DNA from: Candidatus Poribacteria bacterium
Lineage (GTDB): Bacteria; Poribacteria; WGA-4E; WGA-3G
DNA length: 64,000 nt
Reading direction: 5' to 3'
NCBI GenBank assembly: GCA_022394755.1
Contig: JAGFCA010000023.1
Coordinates: 17,342 to 81,341, forward strand
Part shown: piece after piece, positions 1-8,975 of the stretch
Position numbering within the stretch: position 1 is the stretch's first letter
Layout of the letters: the number at the start of each line of letters is the position of its first letter
Notes under the pieces: generated by a model
What the model was told of the DNA's origin: nothing
Databases searched by the model: none
What the model saw: the letters and a program-made list of their open reading frames with translations, nothing else
Program-made: the position numbers and the translations under genes

Positions 1-684
1 TTCGGTTTTATACGTCCATTTGTAGTAGAAGCCTTTAAGATTCCATCTGGTTCAATGGAAGATACACTCTTAGTTGGTGATCGTATCTTGGTATGTAAAT
101 TTATTTATGGTATAAAACTTCCTGGTACAGATATAAGAGTTTTTGATTTTCATAAACCCACACGCGGAGATGTTTTTGTATTTATTCCTCCACATGAGAC
201 AAATAGAAATTTTATCAAAAGAATTGTTGCAGTTGAAGGTGACACAGTCCATACAAAAGGCAGAACACTCTATGTCAACAATATAGCAGTAGAAGATGGT
301 GATTTTACAAAACATGTTTCCTCTCATTTTAGAAGAGGTGGAGATTTTCCACCGTTCCGTTCACCTCCACCGTATATGAACAATAACGAACTATTCAAAG
401 ACTTCACACTTTCTGATAATCAGTTCAGGAGAAGGTTTCCTGAAGGAAACCCTTATGTAGTGCCAAAAGGAATGGTTTTTGCAATGGGAGATAATCGGGA
501 TCAGAGTAGTGATAGTCGGACGTGGGGACCTGTTGAAGTTAATAGAATAAAAGGACAAGCCTTTATGGTATACTGGTCATATAATGGTAAAGGCATTAAA
601 ATATGGGAATTATGGAAAATATTCGGTCGAATTCGTTATAATCGTATTGGGAAGATGATCACAACTGAACATATACAAGACTAA
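1..684 (+). CDS. lepB: Signal peptidase I (5'-truncated by the window edge)
   Basis: Frame 1 is open from base 1. Translation reads FVVEAFKIPSGSMEDTLLVGD (catalytic Ser box), RIVAVEGD and GDNRDQSSDSRTWGPV (box E). Stop TAA 682-684 overlaps the selB ATG by 1 nt. Confidence 0.9.
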   Translation, partial: FGFIRPFVVEAFKIPSGSMEDTLLVGDRILVCKFIYGIKLPGTDIRVFDFHKPTRGDVFVFIPPHETNRNFIKRIVAVEGDTVHTKGRTLYVNNIAVEDGDFTKHVSSHFRRGGDFPPFRSPPPYMNNNELFKDFTLSDNQFRRRFPEGNPYVVPKGMVFAMGDNRDQSSDSRTWGPVEVNRIKGQAFMVYWSYNGKGIKIWELWKIFGRIRYNRIGKMITTEHIQD

Positions 685-2618
685 TGAACCAAGTAAATAG
701 ACACCTTATAATTGGAACTGCTGGACACGTCGACCACGGTAAAACTGCGTTGGTTGGGACACTTACAGGTATAGAGACAGACCGACTAAAAGAGGAACGT
801 GAAAGAGGATTATCTATTGAATTAGGGTTTGCATATTTTGATCTCCCTGATAATTCCAGAGCTGGGATTGTGGATGTACCTGGACATGAGAAATTTATTC
901 GGAATATGTTATCTGGTGCGTACGGAATGGATATTGTTCTATTCGTTGTTGATGCCAAGGAAGGTGTACAGGAACAAACATTGGAACATTTGGCTATATT
1001 AGATTTATTGGGAATATCCAATGGTATACTCGTGATGACTAAATCAGATTTAGCTACTCCAGAGGAATTAACTGACGCAACAGAAATGACACAAGAAATG
1101 TTAGTAGGTACATCCCTTGAAGGAATTCCTTCCGTAAGTGTCTCATCTATCACTGGACAAGGTATTGACGACCTAAAACAGATGATAGTTGAGCAAGTGA
1201 ATCAAGTTACGAATAAGCAAATTCAAAATGGTATTCCCCGTTTATATATTGATCGTGTTTTCACTGTTCAAGGTTTTGGGGTAGTTGTGACCGGTACTCT
1301 TATTGGAGGTGTGGTAAATAGAGATCAGAAAATGGTGATTTTACCACAAGGGAATGAAGTAAGAGTACGCGGTATACAAGTTCATAATGAACCGGCAAAT
1401 GTAGCTCAAGCCGGACAAAGAACTGCATTAAACCTATCAGGGACTTCAGCGAATGAGATTCAAAGAGGAGATGTATTGTGTCCAGTTGCATTTTCCAAAG
1501 CTACAGATAATATTGATATCTCTCTACAAGTTTTATCATCCTTCCCAAGAATGATTGAACATTGGGGTAGATTTCGAGCATATCTTGGCACTCGTGAGAT
1601 ATTCTGTCGTATGATTCTTTTGGTAGACGAGGCAATTCTTCCTGGTGACACTGTCCAAGTACAACTTCGTTTGGAACAGCCAATCTTAACATTTCGTGGT
1701 GATCGTATTATCCTACGAGATTTCTCCGCACAATATACTGTTGGTGGTGGTGAAGTCATCAATCCTTTTGCACCTAAACATAAAAGATTCACTCAAGAAA
1801 CAATATCTATATTGTCTCAATGGGAAGAAGCGAATGACGCGTCAGTAGTTACTGCTATATTGGAAACCAGTGAAACTTTATGTATACAAGAATCTTTTTT
1901 ATCATATTATTTACCCTATGCACAAACTGAAGTTAATTCTATTTTAGAAAATTTAGAGTCCGAAGGAAAAATTGTCAGATGGGATGTTTCAGGAAGAACA
2001 CCACTTATTTCCGATGCTAAACGTACTATAGCTTTAGAAAAAAAACTAATTTCAGTTCTTGAACAATTTCATGAACAACAATCTATCATGGCAGGACAAA
2101 ATGCTGCACAACTTTGTAAAGACTTGTCTGTTGACGAAGTTGGTTTTGAGAAAATTATCGACAAACTTACTGCCTCTGAAGAAATAATAAAAGATGGTAA
2201 TTTGATTCGATTGGCATCCCATGAGATTCAATTCTCTGAAGAGGAAACCACCGCAAAGGATACTTTAGAAAAGTTGTTTTTCAATGCAGGAATCAACACA
2301 CCTGGATTACATGATCTAAAAACAGAATTATCTGAATATAATCCTGAATTGGTAGAGTCTACATTTTATGCCTTATTAAATATCGGACACTTCATAAAAA
2401 TCGCGGATAATTATTTTATTCACGCGAAAGTATTTGACCAGACAGTAGAAATATTAAGAGAATATTTGATTAATAATGGAACGATTTCTGTAGGTGAATT
2501 TCGTGAACTCGGACAAACTTCCAGAAAATATGCCGTTCCTTTTCTTGAGTACTGTGACACACAAAATATTACAGTCAGAGATGGTAATGTTAGGAGATTA
2601 TCTTCAAGACAAAACTAA
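684..2618 (+). CDS. selB: Selenocysteine-specific translation elongation factor SelB
   Basis: 644 aa. GTPase motifs GTAGHVDHGKTAL, DVPGHEKF and TKSD are followed by EF-Tu-like beta-barrel domains and a long C-terminal winged-helix-type extension. tRNA-Sec lies 44 nt downstream. Confidence 0.9.
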   Translation: MNQVNRHLIIGTAGHVDHGKTALVGTLTGIETDRLKEERERGLSIELGFAYFDLPDNSRAGIVDVPGHEKFIRNMLSGAYGMDIVLFVVDAKEGVQEQTLEHLAILDLLGISNGILVMTKSDLATPEELTDATEMTQEMLVGTSLEGIPSVSVSSITGQGIDDLKQMIVEQVNQVTNKQIQNGIPRLYIDRVFTVQGFGVVVTGTLIGGVVNRDQKMVILPQGNEVRVRGIQVHNEPANVAQAGQRTALNLSGTSANEIQRGDVLCPVAFSKATDNIDISLQVLSSFPRMIEHWGRFRAYLGTREIFCRMILLVDEAILPGDTVQVQLRLEQPILTFRGDRIILRDFSAQYTVGGGEVINPFAPKHKRFTQETISILSQWEEANDASVVTAILETSETLCIQESFLSYYLPYAQTEVNSILENLESEGKIVRWDVSGRTPLISDAKRTIALEKKLISVLEQFHEQQSIMAGQNAAQLCKDLSVDEVGFEKIIDKLTASEEIIKDGNLIRLASHEIQFSEEETTAKDTLEKLFFNAGINTPGLHDLKTELSEYNPELVESTFYALLNIGHFIKIADNYFIHAKVFDQTVEILREYLINNGTISVGEFRELGQTSRKYAVPFLEYCDTQNITVRDGNVRRLSSRQN

Positions 2619-2662
2619 TTAATTGAATATGTTCATGATTCGTAGATGATCTATTTCCATAT

Positions 2663-2756
2663 GGGGGAGGATAGGGTCTGGTGTCCCTACCGGTCTTCAA
2701 AACCGGCTTGTCCATGCAAGTGGATAGGTGGGTTCGATTCCCACCCTCTCCCGCCA
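2663..2756 (+). tRNA. selC: tRNA-Sec (anticodon UCA)
   Basis: Folded by hand. 8-bp acceptor stem (GGGGGAGG/CCTCTCCC with one G-T), 5-bp anticodon stem (2690-2694/2702-2706; loop CTTCAAA 2695-2701 with TCA at 2697-2699). Long variable arm (TGTCCA...TGGATA), 5-bp T stem with TTCGATT loop, discriminator G and encoded CCA. The 8/5 geometry is typical of bacterial tRNA-Sec. Confidence 0.9.
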
Positions 2757-2775
2757 TTATTCCTATAATAAAGAA

Positions 2776-3675
2776 ATGAATATTAACCTTCCTATTACTA
2801 ATTCAGAATCAACAAGAAGACATCCCTCATGGATAAAAGCACGAATTCCGAGTGGAGAAAATTACGCTGACTTGAAAAGCTTAATGCGGAACTTACAACT
2901 CCACACTGTCTGTGAAGAAGCACGATGTCCAAACATTGGTGAATGTTGGAATAATAGAACAGCAACATTTATGATTTTAGGTGATATATGTACACGGCGA
3001 TGTATGTTTTGTGCCGTTCAAAAAGGCAAACCGATGGGTATTGTAGATTCAGATGAACCGCGTAGATTGGGTGAAGCAGTTGAACATTTAAAGCTCAATC
3101 ATGTAGTGATTACATCTGTTAACAGAGATGATTTACCTGATGGTGGAGCGAGTATATTTGCTGAGTGTATTAAGATTGCACGTGAAAAACGTCCAAGTTG
3201 TACTATTGAAGTTTTGATACCTGATCTTGAGGGTAATTGGGATGCTTTAAATACCATTATAGAAGCTAAACCTGAAATACTTAATCATAACACTGAAACT
3301 GTTCACAGACTTTACCGACGTGCACGTCCCCATGCAGATTATCAACAATCACTCAATCTTCTGAAAAAAAGTAAAGAAATCAAACCAAAAATGATTACAA
3401 AATCTGGTTTAATGGTTGGCTTAGGAGAGACTGTTAGTGAACTTCTTGAAACTATGCAGGATATAAGTTATACAGGTTGTGATATTTTAACAATTGGCCA
3501 ATATCTTTCACCATCCACACGACACTTACCTATACAACGATACTACACACCTGAAGAATTCGATGAACTTAAAGAAGCAGGATTAACTATGGGATTTCAA
3601 CATGTAGAATCTGGTCCTCTTGTTCGAAGTTCATACCATGCTGGGGAACAGGCAAGAAGTACAAATTTGGTGTAG
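2776..3675 (+). CDS. lipA: Lipoyl synthase
   Basis: CEEARCPNIGECW and radical-SAM CTRRCMFCAV cluster motifs. Start moved to ATG 2776 because the longer ORF from 2728 overlaps the tRNA-Sec gene. Confidence 0.9.
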   Translation: MNINLPITNSESTRRHPSWIKARIPSGENYADLKSLMRNLQLHTVCEEARCPNIGECWNNRTATFMILGDICTRRCMFCAVQKGKPMGIVDSDEPRRLGEAVEHLKLNHVVITSVNRDDLPDGGASIFAECIKIAREKRPSCTIEVLIPDLEGNWDALNTIIEAKPEILNHNTETVHRLYRRARPHADYQQSLNLLKKSKEIKPKMITKSGLMVGLGETVSELLETMQDISYTGCDILTIGQYLSPSTRHLPIQRYYTPEEFDELKEAGLTMGFQHVESGPLVRSSYHAGEQARSTNLV

Positions 3676-4041
3676 TTGACTTTCTACCAATCTTATACCC
3701 AAATTAAGACCTATAGATTGACATATATTTCACCATTGATGATACGTGCTTAGGGATAGATTGTATCTACTAATAACTCCTTGAATCAAGGAATAAGAAT
3801 CAATGGTATGTATTTAATTTAGACATTCCTGCTAACCGCACGATTCGTAATAGGAATATGTATTTTTAGTTAATATTCAAGATAATAAAACGTCAAATAG
3901 TATAAATTCTTCAGAAAGTTTGTTTTGTTGTTGTTTTATGTTCTTTGTGATATACTGAATTAAAATATAGAATGGACATAGATTGTGGTCTAACCACGCA
4001 AACTAATAGGATATAATCTTAGTAAGATATAGGACAAAACA

Positions 4042-4848
4042 ATGGTAAATGTAGTTGTTAACGGTGCTTGTGGTAGAATGGGTAGATTAATTACTCAAGG
4101 TGTATCACTACAAGAAGATATGGCAATAGTCGGAGCAATTGAATATCCGGGACATCCAGATCTTGGAAGTGATTCAGGTGTAATTGCAGGAATCAATGAA
4201 ATTGGAGTTCCTATTACTGATGATCTAAAATCTGTATTGGATTCTTCAGATGTAATTATCGAATTCTCAAAACCAGAAGCAACAATTAAACACCTACATC
4301 AGGTTGTAGATGCTGATAAAGCCATGGTAATCGCTACAACAGGTTTTAGTTCGTCAGAACAATCAATTGTACATGAATTAGCATCAAAAATCAGATGTGT
4401 AATGGCTCCAAACATGAGTCTCGGAATTAATGTCATGATACAAGCGTTAGAATTGGTTGCCAAGGCATTAGGGGATGACTACGATATAGAAGTAATTGAA
4501 GCACATCATAATCATAAAGCAGATTCTCCAAGTGGCACAGCACTTAGATTAGCAGAAACGGTTGCAAATGCACTTGATCGGGATTTAGCAGAAGTAGGTG
4601 TCTATGGTAGACACGGTATTGTTGGAGCCCGTCCCCATAAACAGATAGGTGTCCATGCAATTCGGGGTGGGGATATAGCCGGTGATCATACTGTAATGTT
4701 TGCAACAGAAGGTGAAACACTAAGTGTTGTTCATCGAGCACACAGTCCAGAAGCCTTTGCCAAAGGTGCAATTCGTGCAGCAAGATGGGTTGTAAATGCC
4801 TCAAGAGGATTACACGATGTCAGCGAAGTCCTTTTTGAGAATTCATAA
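4042..4848 (+). CDS. dapB: 4-hydroxy-tetrahydrodipicolinate reductase
   Basis: 268 aa. N-terminal GACGRMGR Rossmann motif and the DapB signature EAHHNHKADSPSGTA. Confidence 0.9.
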   Translation: MVNVVVNGACGRMGRLITQGVSLQEDMAIVGAIEYPGHPDLGSDSGVIAGINEIGVPITDDLKSVLDSSDVIIEFSKPEATIKHLHQVVDADKAMVIATTGFSSSEQSIVHELASKIRCVMAPNMSLGINVMIQALELVAKALGDDYDIEVIEAHHNHKADSPSGTALRLAETVANALDRDLAEVGVYGRHGIVGARPHKQIGVHAIRGGDIAGDHTVMFATEGETLSVVHRAHSPEAFAKGAIRAARWVVNASRGLHDVSEVLFENS

Positions 4849-6898
4849 AAATAGTTTTATCATAGTAATCGATTATCCACTACTACTCATAAATATTTGT
4901 ATATTTCTAATTGTAGGTTGTTCAAATTCCGATAAAAATGTTCGAGAGGAATGGGAAACAGTATTAAAGGGAAATTGGAGTGCACATTTATATGATGTTT
5001 TCTTCATTTCTGATAAAGAGGGATGGATTGTCGGTAATTCGGTTGGAAATTCTCCTCATCATGTATCAAAAACAACATTGAAGGACAATGAAATACAGAA
5101 CAATGGGGAAGCAGAGAGTATAATTCTCCACACATTGAATGGTGGTGAGGGCTGGACAATACAGAATAGTCGTATTTTTGGGAAACCATTAAAGAAAGTG
5201 TATTTCACATCTTCAGAGAACGGTTGGAGTATTGGTGAAGATGGTGTAATAATACACACAACTGATGGTGGAGATACTTGGAATAGAATACAATCTAATT
5301 CAGAATATAACCTAAATGGTATTTTTATAGATGATAATATAGGTTGGATTGTTGGAGATTGGGGTACACTTCTCAAGAGTATTGACAATGGAAAATCTTT
5401 TGAAAAAGTTGATTCAAGTTCTTTTCAACAAAAGTCATTAAAAGCTATATATTTTATTGATAAAATCCATGGTTGGATCATTACATCCAGTAATCCTGAA
5501 GATATTGACAATCCAGGCAGTATATTTCATACGAACGATGGTGGTAAAACATGGTCTAATCAACTTAAGACAGACCGTGCACTATTCGGTATCCATTTCA
5601 CCGATTTGAATACTGGATGGGTTGTAGGTGATAAACGTGCAATATATACAACATCTGATGGTGGTAAAAATTGGATAGATATTACCAAGGGAAGTAATAT
5701 AAGACACAAAGATGAATATGGACAACCAGAGCATCTTGGAAATGAACCGTTACATACATTTACGTTATACAATGTAGATTTTTCGGACATTGAAAACGGG
5801 TGGATTGTCGGTGATTTAGGAGTTATCCTACATACAACATTTGAGATTGATAAGGACAATGTTAGGAAATGGAAACACCAACGCGGAGGTCCACGATATC
5901 ATAATAGTGCCGATGGTTTATTATTAGGTTTAGATTTTGTTTCAAATAAAAAGGGTTGGGTTGTCGGTGAGAATGGTACAATACTTCATACACGTAATGG
6001 TGGGGTAACATGGGAATCTCAATCGAATCCAACACATTTACTGTTTGATATATGCACTGTGTCTGAAACTGAAGGATATGTTGTCGGGGACAGAGGAACT
6101 ATACTCAGGTCAGATGAAAGCGGTTTTGAATGGAAACCTCAAGATAGTCGAACTCCAGAATGTTTCGGTGGTACATATTTTATAACACCTGATAAGGGAT
6201 GGGCAGTGGCAGAAGCAGGTGTTATCCTTCATACATCAAACAGCGGGGCAGTATGGGAAAAACAAAATTCCAACAGTAGTCAAGATCTACTTACTGTCTT
6301 TTTTATTGATGAATTAACAGGATGGTGTGCTGGAAGTGGTGGAGAAATTCTACATACCTCAAATGGAGGACTAACTTGGGAATCACAAAGTAGTGGTGTG
6401 TCAGCAAACCTTTTTGATATTCACTTTACATCACGCTTTGAAGGATGGGTAACCGGTATCTTTGGTACGCTTCTCCATACAACTGATGGTGGTAATCATT
6501 GGAAGACTTCAAAATTGAGTCAACGACTTACTGATTTGGGTGAAAATAGCAATATCTGGTTTAATGCTGTCTATTTTCATGGTTCCACTTATGGATGGGT
6601 TGTTGGTGAAAATGGCAATGTATTTCATACCAATGACAGTGGGAATAGTTGGTATCGTCAGGAAAGTAATACAGATAATTTCCTCTATGATGTACATTTT
6701 ATTTCCAAATCTGAAGGATGGATAGTTGGTAAAGATGGTATTGTTTTACATACCAAAGATAGTGGTAAAAATTGGAGACCGCAACGAACTGATACACGGA
6801 CAGATTTAACATCGATACATATGTATAATGCCAGTAATGGATTTGTAGCTGGACAGTATGGAACTATTCTTAAATATAAGGTGACAAACATAAAATAA
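4817..6898 (+). CDS. BNR/Asp-box repeat beta-propeller lipoprotein (Ycf48/sortilin-like glycosyl-hydrolase-like fold)
   Basis: More than 10 repeats of the form T.DGG.TW / S.NGG.TWE spaced about 40-45 aa apart. Signal peptide with lipobox LIVGC. ATG 4817 is preceded by AAGAGGA and overlaps the dapB 3' end by 32 nt. Confidence 0.7.
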   Translation: MSAKSFLRIHKNSFIIVIDYPLLLINICIFLIVGCSNSDKNVREEWETVLKGNWSAHLYDVFFISDKEGWIVGNSVGNSPHHVSKTTLKDNEIQNNGEAESIILHTLNGGEGWTIQNSRIFGKPLKKVYFTSSENGWSIGEDGVIIHTTDGGDTWNRIQSNSEYNLNGIFIDDNIGWIVGDWGTLLKSIDNGKSFEKVDSSSFQQKSLKAIYFIDKIHGWIITSSNPEDIDNPGSIFHTNDGGKTWSNQLKTDRALFGIHFTDLNTGWVVGDKRAIYTTSDGGKNWIDITKGSNIRHKDEYGQPEHLGNEPLHTFTLYNVDFSDIENGWIVGDLGVILHTTFEIDKDNVRKWKHQRGGPRYHNSADGLLLGLDFVSNKKGWVVGENGTILHTRNGGVTWESQSNPTHLLFDICTVSETEGYVVGDRGTILRSDESGFEWKPQDSRTPECFGGTYFITPDKGWAVAEAGVILHTSNSGAVWEKQNSNSSQDLLTVFFIDELTGWCAGSGGEILHTSNGGLTWESQSSGVSANLFDIHFTSRFEGWVTGIFGTLLHTTDGGNHWKTSKLSQRLTDLGENSNIWFNAVYFHGSTYGWVVGENGNVFHTNDSGNSWYRQESNTDNFLYDVHFISKSEGWIVGKDGIVLHTKDSGKNWRPQRTDTRTDLTSIHMYNASNGFVAGQYGTILKYKVTNIK

Positions 6899-6909
6899 GG
6901 TCTATTATT

Positions 6910-7653
6910 ATGACTGGAGAACAGAAATACCTATTTGATTTACAAGGTTTCATTGTATTGAAAAATGTAATTCCTCAGGATGTGATTGATGCTTGTAACA
7001 CAGCACTTGACCATTATGAAAAGATGGATCCGTCAGAATATCCTGAACCCCTTTGTCTTGGAACTGAAAAAACTGAAAAAGAGTTATATATATCTAATAT
7101 TTTAGAAGGTGATGAAGTTTTCAGCTCACTTGTAGACATTCCTGAAGTGCTGGATGTAATTCAGGGAGTAACGGGGGGACCATATCGATTGAATCACACA
7201 TATACCATCTATCGGTGGGGTGGAGGATATACAGGGTTACATATGCATGGAACACCAATAATACCTAAATGTCAATACCACTGTAAAAATGGTGAGATGG
7301 TGTCTACATTAACAAAAGCAGTATTTCCAATGTTAGATTGTGATGTTGAAGACGGTTGTTTTGCTGTAATTCCTGGTGCACATAAGAGTAATTTTGTAAA
7401 ACCGTGGGGTAGTCATCCAGATGAGAATCCTGTTTTGACTCCTATACCTGCTAAAGCTGGTGATGCAATAATCTTTACTGAAGCATTAACCCATGGATCT
7501 GTGATTAATGTGTCAGGGAACCCACGCAGAACATTATACTATTGTTATAGTATTGGTTATATGCCAGACTGGGGTGGTCAAGGATTACATTTCAGTCCAA
7601 ATGTAATGGGACAATTATCTGAAACCCAACAAGCAATTCTTCATCTCAAGTAA
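6910..7653 (+). CDS. Phytanoyl-CoA dioxygenase (PhyH)-family Fe(II)/2-oxoglutarate oxygenase-like protein
   Basis: N-terminal FDLQGFIVLKNVIP and C-terminal AGDAIIFTEALTHGS resemble PhyH family proteins. The metal-binding HxD motif is not obvious. Confidence 0.5.
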   Translation: MTGEQKYLFDLQGFIVLKNVIPQDVIDACNTALDHYEKMDPSEYPEPLCLGTEKTEKELYISNILEGDEVFSSLVDIPEVLDVIQGVTGGPYRLNHTYTIYRWGGGYTGLHMHGTPIIPKCQYHCKNGEMVSTLTKAVFPMLDCDVEDGCFAVIPGAHKSNFVKPWGSHPDENPVLTPIPAKAGDAIIFTEALTHGSVINVSGNPRRTLYYCYSIGYMPDWGGQGLHFSPNVMGQLSETQQAILHLK

Positions 7654-7762
7654 TTTAGAAATCCTGATTTATACAATACATTAAAATGAATTAATTTCGA
7701 ATCCACATCATCCAGAATATATTTTATATTTGAAGTAATTTGAACATAGGAGTAAACTTACA

Positions 7763-8941
7763 TTGATTACATTTGCTGATAGATTAGATAAATTACCCCC
7801 ATATCTTTTTGTTGATATTCGACAAAAGATAGCCGCTGCTAAGGAGCAAGGCGTTGATGTTATTAGTCTTGGTATAGGAGATCCTGACCATCCAACACCT
7901 GATCCTATAGTTGAAACACTATGTCAGACCATAAGTAATACAGAAGATCTTGATAGACATCGTTACGGTTGTGATAATCCTGTAGAAGATTTTCCAGAAT
8001 CTATCATTGCTTATTATAATAGGCGTTTTAATGTCAAATTAAATGACGATCAAGTAGCAATTACTATGGGGAGTAAGGATGCTATTGTAAAATTATCATT
8101 AGGAATTCTAAATCCAGGTGATATTGGAATTGCTGCAAGTCCTGGTTATCCAACCTATAATATAGGACATGTCTTTTCAAGTGCAACAACATACTATGCA
8201 CCTATTTTGAGAGAGAATAACTTTCTTGTAGATTTTGATGCCATACCAGATGAAGTGAAACGGCTTGCAAAAGTCCTATGGATTAATTATCCAAATAATC
8301 CTACAACAGCTACTGCTGATCTGGACTTTTTTAAACGTGCGATTGAATTTGGTCGTCAATATGATATATTGATAGCACACGATAATGCTTATAGTGAGAA
8401 TACCTACGATGGGTATATCTCTCCAAGTATCCTTCAAGTAGATGGGGCGGATGAAGTTGCAGTTGAATTCTTCTCATTAAGTAAGGCATTTAATATGACT
8501 GGGTGGAGATTGGGATTTGTTGTAGGGAATTCTACTGCAGTTCAGGCAGTTAAGAAAGTTAAGGATAATATTGATAATGGATCTCTAAGGGCACTGCAAT
8601 TTGCTGGTGCTAAAGCTTTATCTATTGCAGATGAAATTACACCTAAACTTAACAAGATTTACGTAAAACGACGTGATATTGTTGTAGATTCACTAATTGA
8701 AAGTGGCTGGTTATTAGATAAACCTAAAGCAACTATGTATGTATGGGCACCAGTTCCGGAGCGTTTTGATGGTTCAAGTCGTTTATTTGCTACTGAATTA
8801 CTTGAAAATGCAGGTGTGGTCGTAACCCCAGGACTTGGGTATGGTCAATGGAGTGAAGGTTATTTTAGGATTTCACTTACATATCCTGACGATATAATAC
8901 AAACAGCAATCAATAGAATACAAGAGTTTTCATCAAAATAA
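7763..8941 (+). CDS. dapL: LL-diaminopimelate aminotransferase-like class I PLP aminotransferase
   Basis: FADRLDKLPPYLFVDIRQKI...GVDVISLGIGDPDHPTP N-terminus and SLSKAFNMTGWRLGF PLP-lysine motif. TTG start follows AGGAG. dapB is nearby. Confidence 0.7.
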   Translation: MITFADRLDKLPPYLFVDIRQKIAAAKEQGVDVISLGIGDPDHPTPDPIVETLCQTISNTEDLDRHRYGCDNPVEDFPESIIAYYNRRFNVKLNDDQVAITMGSKDAIVKLSLGILNPGDIGIAASPGYPTYNIGHVFSSATTYYAPILRENNFLVDFDAIPDEVKRLAKVLWINYPNNPTTATADLDFFKRAIEFGRQYDILIAHDNAYSENTYDGYISPSILQVDGADEVAVEFFSLSKAFNMTGWRLGFVVGNSTAVQAVKKVKDNIDNGSLRALQFAGAKALSIADEITPKLNKIYVKRRDIVVDSLIESGWLLDKPKATMYVWAPVPERFDGSSRLFATELLENAGVVVTPGLGYGQWSEGYFRISLTYPDDIIQTAINRIQEFSSK

Positions 8942-8975
8942 TTTTAGTTAATTTATATTACCTAAGGTTGTAAGA

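Noticed and set aside
659-1153. Antisense or overlapping ORFs inside confident genes (for example 659-1153, 5059-5388, 13583-13882, 20602-20901, 24372-24707, 37728-38021, 60126-60473)
   Set aside because: These are shadow ORFs on the opposite strand or in alternate frames of genes with strong motif support. They have no RBS and low-complexity or atypical composition.
2728-2775. Longer lipA ORF starting at 2728
   Set aside because: The extension (MGSIPTLSRHYSYNKE) is the translated 3' half of the tRNA-Sec gene. ATG 2776 gives a normal LipA N-terminus.
3676-4041. Lysine riboswitch or other leader upstream of dapB
   Set aside because: I could not identify L-box conserved segments. Only a small TCCTTG-aat-CAAGGA hairpin (about 3778-3792) without a U-tract is present.
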